NCBI GenBank assembly: GCA_003427395.1
Contig: BFEA01000024.1
Coordinates: 2,835,911-2,899,910, forward strand
From: Chara braunii
Taxonomy: Eukaryota > Plantae > Charophyceae
DNA length: 64,000 nucleotides
Reading direction: 5' to 3'
The notes below the pieces were generated by a model. It saw only the letters and a list, made by a program, of their open reading frames with translations. It had not been told where the DNA came from and did no database searches. The translations under genes and the position numbers were made by a program. Shown here piece by piece: positions 53,301 to 64,000 of this stretch. The number at the start of each line of letters is the position of its first letter. Position 1 is the stretch's first letter.

Positions 53301-56300
53301 ATTCATATAAATCCTTACAGATTGATAGGTTCAAACCGGTACTTCGGATAGATAACCTATATGAATATCATCAAGAAGGATGATCATCAGCAAAACGACA
53401 CCAAACATATAACCTCACATAGATAAACACAAAACAAGCTTATCCACAATAAAATCTGGCATATAAATTTAACATATAACTTAGAAGAAACCCCTTGAGA
53501 AGAATAGTCTCAAGTCCTTAGTTCAAACTTCATATAATTTTCAAGTGGATGGTCCAACAAAAAAAGCTCAAGGGAAGGTCTAACTTACCTACACCCGATT
53601 TCCCTATCGAGGGTACGCAGGATATACTAAGTGTTAGTCCATTCATTTTTACTCTGACTGCCCATAGGATCAAATATTCCTTTCGCAGGGCAGATGTCGT
53701 GCAAATCTACTATCTTTCATGGTTTAGATAGATTAGTCAACCACTTAGAACTCAGTCCGCCAGCTTGTAGCCAATACATATACAGTCTCGTTCTTTAGCG
53801 CCTGTGCCCCTACTTCCTACTTTCATGCCACCAAGGAGATGCACTCTGAGTCATGCAAAGATCTTACCCAGCAGTACTACCTTTTCACGGTAAGTTTTCT
53901 TTCTCTCCCTTAGTCCCCCAAGCAACAGCAGGTTCGATGGCGAATGGATCCGGCCACTTTAAGTGTCCTTATACATCCAGAAAACAGTAGTGACTTAACT
54001 CCCATGACGAGGACGACTGCCGCATGAGCAGTGTGGCCACAATCACGGTGGTATTGATGGAGATCAGCGGATAACGGGCAGCCTGCCCCTGCCCTTGCCC
54101 TGTTATCCGCCGATGTGCCTAATGAGGATGAATCTTCCGCTAGACCGCGGAGAGATACATTCCGTTTTTACTTCGTCCCCTACATGCAGCTCCTTCTCTT
54201 GCTAACCCCTCATCTACTAATCCTATGGCCAAACTAACTTCACTATCCTACTCGCTGCTATAGAAAACCCCAGTTAGCACCCCCTCCTTGCAGGATTCCC
54301 TCCGGAAGCGAGTGGGATGTGCGTTTTCCACTTCCTTCCTCCTTCGCCCCTCCTTCCGCCATGTCTTCGCACAACTCCCTTCCTCACATTCTTCACTTTC
54401 CACTCTCTCTTTTGCCATTCTAACCTTACCATCCACTTCGCCCGGGGTCAAAACCCCAAGATCATCCCCTCCTTCGTCTAAATTCAGCCAGAAACGAGGG
54501 AGTTAGCACTTTCTCGTTCTCGCATCTTTCTCACTCCCGCCATCTTCCGCGCGGTCCTTCTTTCACTAGTCTCCTTTTCTACTAACTTTCTCTTAAAACT
54601 AACATCGTAACTAGATTCGCAGACCCCCAAAACCCCTATCTAGATTCTTTCCTCTCCCGTTTCCATCAATAAACGGGCAGGATACACATGTTTAGCTCCG
54701 ACATAGCCATTTCCACATGCCCGCATGCATCTGGGGCGACTTCGCGCCTAGATTCATCCTTCTGTTTTTTGTTTTCTGTTTTCTGCTCGTAGTCTACGTC
54801 CTCCCTCTTGCGCCCGCTTTGCCTCTGCCGCTGCCTACCTCACTTCTCTCTTCACCGCCCTTTGGGCCTCCCGCTGCTTCGCTACCTCAGCACTCCCGCT
54901 CTCTCTTCCTAGCCCTTTGGGCCTCCTTCCCCACAGCGCTCCGCTCTGTCTTCGCGGCTCCCCAATCCACTCCGACATCGGATGCCGCTCTCGACAGCAG
55001 CGGGCCCCGTGGTGGTCAGTGAGATGGCTTACCACCCCAGCTATCCTGAGAGGAACCTCAGAGGGGCCAGCTACTAACGGGTTCGATTGGCTTCGCCCCT
55101 ATACCCAAGTCCGACGAAATGTGCACACGTCCGTACCGTTGCGGCCTCCACCACAGCCCCTCTAGCCCGCCCTGCTAAGGCGGAGCTCACTACCTTTCGG
55201 GTCTCCAACGGGCAGTTCACACGCAGGTCACGGCCACAGTGTCGGAGCGCAGTCCTGCTGTAGGCTCCTAGCATGGCCCCTGGTGCAGCAGGTCCCGGCG
55301 TAGATCTTGGTGGCAGTTGCAAATATTCAAATGAGAACTTTGAGAACCAAAGTGGAACGAGTCCCGAGGATGCAGCCCGAGCAGAGCAGCGTGGTGCGCT
55401 TCCTCACAGTGCCTCGGCTCACTCCGGCCAAGCACAGTCTGCTCTTCTTCAGGTCCCGGCGGGCATATTCACACTCAACCCTACCACAGCAGACTCGTGG
55501 CCGGCGGATGGTGCACCCACAAAAGGCACCCGCCATTCGGGCTCTCCCGCCTCGTGGGCTAATCTCCTACCGGTTCGCATACACGTTGACTTCCTCAATC
55601 CGCGTCCGAAGACGGACAACATAGAGGATTCTCGTCAGCATCCCAAACACACAGGAACCCGAACTCATGCCCGTTTCCCGTTAGTCTACCGGTGTATCAA
55701 CCGAACCAGCCCCGTCGGTCTCAGAACCGATTACCAACAAAGACAAAATTTAATAATAAAATTAACTATTAAAAATAAAAATTTAAAACACTGAACTGAA
55801 TAAAAACCGGACCGTGGCTTCGATGCCGCTTACCTCGTTTATCATGCAGAAGTCTCACCGTTGTCGAAGCCGTCCTCCGTATGTAAGCGCAGGTCACCGG
55901 CAGGCCCCCCAATTAAAGGATAATAATTTTTTTATCATAATTTAAATCAGAAATAAATAAATAAATAAAAATCTGATTGGCGATCGCGCCGGTTCTTCAG
56001 TCATCAACAATTTAAATCACGCGCGCCTCAAGCCTGCGCGCTCACACACTCTCTATCCTAGTCCATCATTCAGTCAACGCAAACCACAGATACCGCTGCG
56101 ACTCGCGCGGTATACTCAATCTTTAAATCAGGCTTATTTTCTGTCATCTGCAAAAACCAGGGCGGAAACCCCCTTGTACAGGTATTCGCACTGACAGCGT
56201 GACTGGGTCAGATTTGATGGTCTTGCCCCCTCTCCTCAAAACTCCTTCTCATGAAAAAGGTTTTCGTTGATTGTTGTTAATGAAATTGTGCCTCTCACAT

Positions 56301-57794
56301 GAAAACGAGCTCGCAAAGAAGGGGCGGAAAATGTTCTTACTGACTAGGAATGAGCCCCCGCAAAGACGCAGAGTTCTAGTTGGTCAACGAGTGAAAGCTG
56401 GCCTGGAAAGTTGTGGAGGAAATGACGTGGACGACTGCCTGATGGGCAAGACTCAACGCATCTTGAGAAAGATTACGTACCTCCTTGTAAAACACTTAAT
56501 TGATGGAGATTAAAAGGGGTTAAAAATTGTGGGAGGAAGTGCCTTTTGTAGAAGTGCCCCCTTGTCAGTCTCCACCTTGCTCGAGAATCACCTTCTCGGG
56601 GAAAATCTCACTGCGCAGAAAGGTCGGGAGTCTCAGATTAAGGAGAAGCCAACAGACTTGCTCACTGCTGGATGCGTTGAGTACTGTTTGAACGGAGTTT
56701 TCTGTTAACGGTGCTCAGGGGCATCGGATGAGCAGGTTAAACTGGCATTGGTGATATGTTCATTTACCATGACTCTTTCTTCTTGTACTCGTCTAAAGAA
56801 GAGCTACTAGCAAGTAAGATTGGACTCAGTTTCCAAACCTCCTTGGCCCTCAAAGCCACGGGAAAAAAGAGGAAGCAGTTTTTTTCAAGTTGAAAACTGA
56901 AACTGATTTGTCGAGAATAATTGCATGTTCAACTTTGAAGTGCCTCTAAGCGATTTACAGCAAACATGCACGTTGTACCCCCAACGCTGCACTAAACAAT
57001 CAAAGTTTTACATTACTGCCTAATAATAGTAGTCTTCAATGCCTAATCAGTCAGCCCATTAGCGACGACAAATCAGGCCCGGTAATTGCCGCGGACCACA
57101 CCCACAGGTCAGAATGACCTCCAATGATACCCAACGCAGAGTGTAACGTGTAATTAGTCATCAACAAGCTCTAGTTGAACTAGTTGTCTCTGCCCATGTT
57201 CGCTTGCGTGCGCTCAGTTCTGATATCAGATCATCTACCTCGAGCTCAGCACGCTCTGCACGAGTTATTTGTGCAACACTCCAAAGTAAAGTTATCTGGG
57301 GCGAGCACGTGGTCGGACTCGATCAATAGACGATATAGAGTTGAGGGTCGTGCTAAGACCCATTGCGGTATGGTCTACTCATCTACTAGGACCTACTACT
57401 TGCGGAAACTGTGAGGAGCGACGAGATTCTAGTGGTAAAGTGTACACTAGTCCGAAACGAGAGAGAGGGATGGGAAGAGGAAACATGTAAAGACATGGAA
57501 AAACACAGACTAATTCAGAGGGAGTTTGCAGCCGGGACAGTGGGGGTAAGAAAGTATATTGAGTATGTAATTTACTTCTACAGGCCTGATGGCAAACTGC
57601 ACAGTACCAGTTCATTGCTATAGAGTGTGGAATGGGTTGGGGCATACCGTGCATGAACTCAGTAATGCCTGAATTACCGTCTCCTGAAATCTATCAGCAT
57701 TTTAACAAGCAAGCACTTTTCCACAGTCAGCAGTTTCTTTTGTGGTATTATGACTTGTGAACCAACGATTCTGTGATCCAATACATTAACGCTC

Positions 57795-58030
57795 ATTTGG
57801 ACGACACTCGGACAATTTTCAGAATACATTCAGAGTACATTCAGACAATTTTCAGAATACATCCAGACGACACTCAGACAATTTTCAGAATACATTCAGA
57901 GTGCATTCAGACAATTTTCATAATACGTTCAGACGACATTCATACAATTTTCATAATACATTCGGACGATTTTCAGGGAAATCTCAAGCAGCACTCAAAC
58001 AGTGTTCAAACACCATTCAGACGACATTTC
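57795..58030. repeat. Hierarchical minisatellite: 11-bp monomers arranged as 33-bp units
   Basis: cagacgacact / cagacaatttt / cagaatacatt cycling about 5-6 times. Confidence 0.85.
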
Positions 58031-58163
58031 AATGGCTCGTTCATCTCGTAACGATTGTCGTCTATTCAGTGAGTAGCAATTAATTCAACCTGCAGCAGAC
58101 ATCCTTCAGTCAAAATCCATTTTCTCTCCTTCTACCAGAAAGTGCCTTGTTTGATTGAGCCCA

Positions 58164-58810
58164 TGAGAGAAATCAACCCCTTTTCAGTCGAGCAGTCTGT
58201 CCTCGACAGTCTCAATCAGATAGCCTCAAAGGAAAGTTTTCCGTACAGTTATGTCAAGATTGACGGTTTCAAGCGGGAAAATTTGTCAATCTTCGTCGTT
58301 CTTACAAAATTTGCAGGAGGCGCTGTAAGGGACCTGCGGGTATATCTGAAGAAAGGGAATGAGACACATCCGCACTTTGACGCTGTTTGGGTGGCAGCAA
58401 CGAGGTTCGTATAATGGAAAGTTGAGAGACTCAAGGCGGAATCGAGGTTGGTCTACAACTTTGGCCCCAAGCTCTTTACACTCTAGCCCAAACCTCTGGT
58501 TCCTTACTACTTCACTGACGGATCATGCTGGGGTGATCTTGTAGACCTGGCCAAGAGGTACGTCTCCCCTGCAGTAATTGATTACGAAGCAGTGACCGAG
58601 CCATCCGAGTTCTCACATCTCAGACGAGGTATCTTATCTCTGCCATATCTTCCTACACTATGGGAGGAGTTTTTTGCTATGGTTGATTTCCGCATTATGG
58701 GACTTGGATGGAAGTGTTCAGAGCTCGCAGGCTTCAGGTGGCTCTATATTCAGAGGCCACAGACTCAGAAAGTACGGAGACATGGCAAGAAGCCCAAACG
58801 ACAGATATAG
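58164..58810 (+). pseudogene. Unknown-domain ORF copy A (in-frame stops), inside the presumed 5' LTR
   Basis: ORFs 58142-58414 and 58592-58810 are in the same frame, separated by two stops. Homologous to the four copies at 59600-61557. Confidence 0.6.
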
Positions 58811-59312
58811 AAATGAGAGATTGAGTGTGGATTTCAGAGGGACGAATGGAGAGTCTTGATTGGTGTTGGTCATGCTCTCTTCCATATGTACTTCCTGAGA
58901 CTATTATGAGTTTTCATTCTTCCCTTATTCATTCCACTCTGTCATTGCTCGAGTCAGTCGGTCTTGCTTCTTGCATTTTTGTCTTTGCTTGATGGATGTT
59001 TTCTTGGATGATTCTGTCACTGTTCTCAAAATCGGATTGGCATAATTGATGCATGCATAACGCTCCGCAATTTATGATTATTATTTGTAGGATTCTTTGC
59101 TGTTCTGAATCAAAATAAAAGATTCCTAAGACCGGGGACCGGCGAAGACCGCAAATGAAGGGTCTCGCTTGAAGCCGGACGCACACAACAGGAAAGGGTT
59201 TGCTTTAATTAATTTATTTTATTTATTGCAATCACATATAAAACCCTGCGTCACAGCCTATTGGCTTTCCGATCACCCGAAGTGGCATGACTGGGAAAAA
59301 GTGCGACAAAAA

Positions 59313-59330
59313 TGACGCCGTTGTCGGGGA
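59313..59330 (+). other. Primer-binding site, tRNA-Asp (Athila-type); LTR 3' end ...GTGCGACA at 59308
   Basis: TGACGCCGTTGTCGGGGA vs the canonical TGGCGCCGTTGCCGGGGA (2 transitions). The LTR start was not located. Confidence 0.8.
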
Positions 59331-59599
59331 CATGAAAATTTTTCGTGTCCGGAACGAGTCTGGGTCAACAACAGCTTTAAGCTTTGATTAGGTCATGAGA
59401 ACTGTTGACAAATTTTGAAGTTTCAGGTTGATTCTAATGCTTTGATTGAGTTTTTGTACTCATGGAAGTCTCGGTTGCTAACTGAGATTTATCTCTTCTT
59501 GTGTGAGGTACCACATTGGGACGAAAGAGGAGACTGATATTAATTGCTGGAGAGAATCGAGTTTGATATCAGGTATGCTCTATTACCTCCCAATACACT

Positions 59600-61557
59600 G
59601 AAGGAATTGAAAGAAAGAGAGCAGATATAATAAAGACAAAATCTGGTCGAAAGTGCATTGAAAGAGATATCCAAACTCACCTCCAATGGGATATTTTCTT
59701 ATCGATATGAGGGTTGTTGGGGCTATCACTCCTGTGGCTCGACCATCTGCGTAGTACTGACTCACTTTTTGGGAGGAGATATCTATGATATCTGCTCATA
59801 CGTCAAAGAAGGAGACAGCAAAGAAGGTGAGGACTTTAATTGGTTATGAGGGATTGTGACCCAATTTATCTATGATGAGAAGGCAAATCTGATCAAGCAA
59901 AAGAAGAGAGTGGAATGGGGTGTAATGTCAGTAATATATGAGACTGTTTCAATCCCTCCTATACCTGACAGCTATTGTGATGGGACTAACTGGTTGCCAA
60001 TTATCAGCATGGTACTGACATGGGAGAAAATAACTGATGGTCATGAAAATCAAAGAGGCTTCAACGAAGGAAATCAGACAGAGAAGGTTGAAATTTGGCA
60101 GAGGTTCAGGCCGAAGTCAAGAAAAAGTCGAGTGTCTCCTAAAGTCACTGAATACTTTAAGCAAGAGAGAGGTGTTCTCATATGAGGCTTGTATGATATG
60201 AGATGGTCGGGAGCGAATGGGAGCAGGAAAAATTATATGTACTGACATTCTATTTCACAGACCTAGATGTATATGATGTGAGAATTTATGTCTCAAAGGA
60301 AAGGAGTACTGAAGCAGTGTATGAGAGATGCTTTGGATTTGCTGAAGAGCAAGAGAGATTTGAGAGGGAAAATAATAACTTCACCGGATCTACTCGATTT
60401 TACTGTCTTTGAGGGATTTTCCGCTCCTCCCTTGCCCGATATAAATTTGTCAAGAGATAATTGGTTTGCAGTGATTGAGTTTGCTCTGAAAGTGAAACGA
60501 GACCAAATAGTCAGATGAGTCGACGCTATGTACCCGAAAGAGAGAAACCCTGACTTAGACTGATAAGAGGCCATGGAGGGTTGAGTAAGGTTGAATCAGA
60601 TAAATTGTTAGATTCCTTTAATTCTATAACGAGAAGAGTCATAATCCCCTATGAGATCGTGAGGTATGAGACCATAAAGAAACCAGGGCGAGAACATGAC
60701 AGTCTGTATGTTCTTACCTGTTATTTTATTGATCTTGATGAGTATGATATTGGGATTTATGTGCTGAAACAGAGATTTAAAAAGTGTAGAAAAGGAGCGT
60801 GTTGGCAACGAGCGTTGAAGTTTGTACATGATGGGAAGAGAAGGCTAGAGCCAGAGGGAGATAATTTCTCCTTTAATACCTATGTTAGGCCTTTTGTTGG
60901 GATACCATCACCACCTGTTGAGGGACTTACATTCCCAAGATACAATGAGTCAATCATGATAGATCTTGTATGGAAAGTGAAGAGAGCCCAAGAAGAATAC
61001 TCTCAGTACCTAGAATAACTACTATAAGAGGTAAACTTTATGAGGTGGTTAAGTTCCTGAACTTAACCACCTTTGACAGCTTGAGAGCTTGGATGTGAGG
61101 AATGACATGTAATTTTGAAGCATGAGATTTGTGGGGAATGACATATAGTATTTCACATTCCTCTGGTTAAGTTCCTGAACTCTGACAGCTTGGATGTGAG
61201 GGTTTACTCCTCTGCCAGTCTAGAGGAGGAAGTTGACTACTTGGAATATTTAAAAGGGGCGTATGCCAGCCTTGAGCGAACAAAGAATGGCTAGAGAAGC
61301 TAAGAAGGAAAGTAACGTGGGGAGTGGGAGTAAAAAAATTTGAAAGACTCCCTGAGTTTTCAATTGCTAAGGGATTTGAAGACAGGAGAGATTGGATGCC
61401 TCTGCTGAAAGTTATTGCTGAGATTGGAAGAGCAAGAGACAAAGACTCCACTGTGATGATAAAATCCCTGTTTTTGAGTACCTTTAAACACAAATTTGAA
61501 ATCCCTGATTATGTTCAACCTGAGATCTACCTTTCAGATATTGCTTATGATGTTTAG
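59600..61557 (+). pseudogene. Four further diverged copies (B-E) of an unknown ~130-aa domain between PBS and gag
   Basis: Shared pattern: ICVVLTHFLGGDIYDICSYVK / LYVLTFYFTDLDVYDVRIYVSK / LYVLTCYFIDLDEYDIGIYVLK / IPLVKFLNSDSLDVRVY, followed by a P-rich then NW/DW segment. Confidence 0.65.
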
Positions 61558-62117
61558 CAATGCCCAGTTTGACGGAACAGCTGACACTAGGTGTTGTGTT
61601 GGAAGGTAAAATCATCAAGGTAAAAGGGACTCTTCGGATCTCTGATAAAAACTTTTCTACTTTGGATGAGTTTGAGTTCTTGCAACCTTTCTTTAACCGA
61701 ATGAGAGATTCTGCCCTGAGAATTGTCACTGATCAGACTGAGATAAATTATTTTATCAAAGGTGGTGAAAGTGGGAATTGCTGAGAGAATACCATACCAC
61801 ACTTCTCAGGAACGAGTCTCTCTTGCTAGAAGGATCAACAGCGGGTTGTAAGCAATGCAATTTGATTATGAGATTATAGACTTGACTCAATATTTTATGA
61901 TTTGGGGTACTGTAAAGGGGTATAACAGAAGACTGAGTAGGGATGATGAAAAATAGTTAATTAAAGATTACATCGGAAGACTGAGAACGATTGTCTTGCC
62001 TTTGATCACTACCCAGTCCATCATTGCATATACACTTTATGTACAAAATTCTCAAGGAGTAGAGCAAACAAGAGAAGAGAGAAACGAGTCTGTATCCCTT
62101 GCGAGAAGAGTGGGAGA

Positions 62118-63320
62118 TTGAAGAGCAAGGAAAAAGAGGACAAAAGCGACAGAAAGAGAGAAAAAAAATATTCAGAAAAATTTATGGTCAAGATGGTTGG
62201 TCGTTCAAGACCTAGCTCATCCGCATGGACCAATGAAGAGACCTTGGTTGGGGTTATACGGGAATTGGTCGAGAGAGTCGACACAATTAAAGAAGGGCCA
62301 GACATCGCAAGAGCAAAGAGGTCAGATGAGAGAACTCCCTGTTTCAGAGGACCTCAGATAAACGATTTCTTGGACGAGTATGAATTATTTGGTCTCAATT
62401 ATGGCGGGACAGATAAGCAACGGCTTAAGCACCTTCTATCTTACTGTGACACTGACTCGAGGTTGGTTGTTCAGGAATTGATGGAAGGGGTCACTACATG
62501 GGAAGAGGTCAAAGAGAAAATGGAAAATGAATTTGAGAAAGACTCGATTTCAACTACAACCAAGAATTTACTCAATATCAGAAGAGTTAAGTATGACACT
62601 TTCAATGTTTTTCTTCAGACCTTCATCCGAACATCAAGAAGGATCCAATATTTGGACGAGGCCCAGTGATGTCATATATTTTTGACAAATTTTACTGACA
62701 CCGAAAGACAGAGAGTTCTTAATCAAGCTCAACACTATCCTCTCAGATGGGATGAAATGGTTGCAATTGTTAAAACTCTACCTACAGTCTCTCATAAGAA
62801 ATGGTCACTGGATCAGATCAGTACATTGGCCAAGGACTGGGAGACTGAGAATAGTATCAACAGAGGAAACAATCTGAATGCTGGAAATATTATTCAAAGA
62901 GTGATGACTAACGATATGTCTGCAATGCCTGCAAACCATGTTGTGGATGGCAAAGGAAAGAAGCAAGTTGAAAGTGAAGAGGATGATGATGATGAAGGTT
63001 ATGGTAAGAAGGGAGATTCTTTTAGATCCAGAAAGAATGGAAAAAATGGTGACAGAGGAAACAGAGAACGAAGGAAATATGATGAGTATCCTAAGAAGAG
63101 TTTTGTCTGCTACTATTGTGGTGAAGGGGGTCATACTACCACCTATTGTAGGCCTCTTAAGGAGGATGTAAGGAGTGGGGTGACAAAAAAGGATGTAATG
63201 GGTCATGTCTATGATAGCTCATGGAACAAGTTGGACCCCAGACATCCGGGAGGTATGAGACTTCTTGCTCGTAAACATGATGAAAAGATGAAGCGAAGAA
63301 GAAGAGAAAGGCTAACGTGA
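62118..63320 (+). pseudogene. gag: Ty3/gypsy gag with one in-frame stop (62667)
   Basis: TPCFRGPQINDFLDEYE...TWEEVKEKMENEF capsid-like region and zinc knuckle CYYCGEGGHTTTYC. Confidence 0.85.
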
Positions 63321-64000
63321 ATATTCATTTTCTCATTGATGAGTTGCCTAATGAACTAGTATAGAAAACAAGTGACCCTTATAGCACGACTGCGTTGTCA
63401 TTGGAATCCTTAACATTGGCAGAGGATGTGTCTGATGGGGCTTCTACAAGTGAGCCTCCATTGGAAGAAAATCTTACTTCTCAGAACCCTTCTGAATTAG
63501 TAGAATCCCCTTCTAATGAGATGGTTCGCTTTCTGGTCCACATGATGTCGTTTGATGGTGATCTACCTCGAGAACTCGTCATGGAACCTAGTGTCATGCT
63601 TGGTGAAGTGAGAAACCTTCAAGCACGCATGACGCCTCAAATAATAGAGAAAAAGAAAAGAAGGAAGGTTGAGGAATCCCTGATTAATATTCTTGATGAC
63701 CCAGAACCAGAACTTCCTAATAGAAAGAATGAACAAGGAAGAAAGAGAAAATTTATTCTCGAGAGTGATTTGGAAGATGGGACAGTGATTTCTGACGTAA
63801 TTACTAAAATGCTGGAAGAGATAGAAGTGACTTTGTCCTTCAAGGAAGCAATGACTCTAGCACCCAAACTGAGAGAAAAACTGAAGAAGCTAATTGAGAA
63901 GAAGAAATTAGAAGTCAATTACTTGGGATCAGTTTTTCCCAGTCAGGTGAACAAGTCACTGACAGGTTGCAAGATGAGATTTGCAACCATGGGATGTGGA
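63320..64000 (+). pseudogene. gag-pol continuation toward the aspartic protease, truncated by the window end
   Basis: Open plus frame ...FILESDLEDGTVISDVITKMLEEIEVTLSFKEAMTLAPKLREKL...RFATMGCG resembles a pre-protease region. The catalytic motif is not in the window. Confidence 0.55.

Larger units (their letters stand above)
46863..56196 (-). mobile_element. Family X copy 3, complete (~9.3 kb), 4-bp TSD GCGT
   Basis: gcgt|TGTCAAGCGCATCAGT...GGTATTCGCACTGACA|gcgt (TSD 46859-46862 and 56197-56200). No internal LTR pair and no recognisable RT/IN/transposase ORF. Confidence 0.88.

Overview
Eukaryotic, almost entirely repeat-derived window with N gaps and long (CT/GA)n and (TA)n tracts. I found no credible host protein-coding gene, rRNA or intact tRNA. 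The style of the gag proteins and microsatellites suggests a streptophyte alga such as a Characeae member (inference only). Left part: a minus-strand L1-clade LINE is split by a 5'-truncated plus-strand L1 (8-bp TSD AAGGAATC, poly(A)) and by a foldback MITE, followed by two chromodomain-bearing repeat units. Most of the window is a family, here called family X, of 5-10 kb TG...CA-bounded elements with no recognisable gag/pol/transposase and no internal LTR pair. There are four copies, three of them nested. Two have confirmed 4-bp CpG-centred TSDs (ACGG; GCGT) and two have one visible flank (ACGT; GCGA). They carry a terminal hairpin and internal arrays of ~30-bp palindromic AACTTA-loop repeats separated by variable spacers (CRISPR-like layout, no cas genes). 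Also present: a frameshifted Mutator-like transposase, and a hAT-like TIR element holding a pol-deleted Ty3/gypsy element (tRNA-iMet PBS). At the right end lies an Athila/Tat-type Ty3/gypsy 5' region (tRNA-Asp PBS, gag) carrying five diverged copies of an unrecognised ~130-aa domain. Coordinates were read by eye; junctions without a TSD are approximate.
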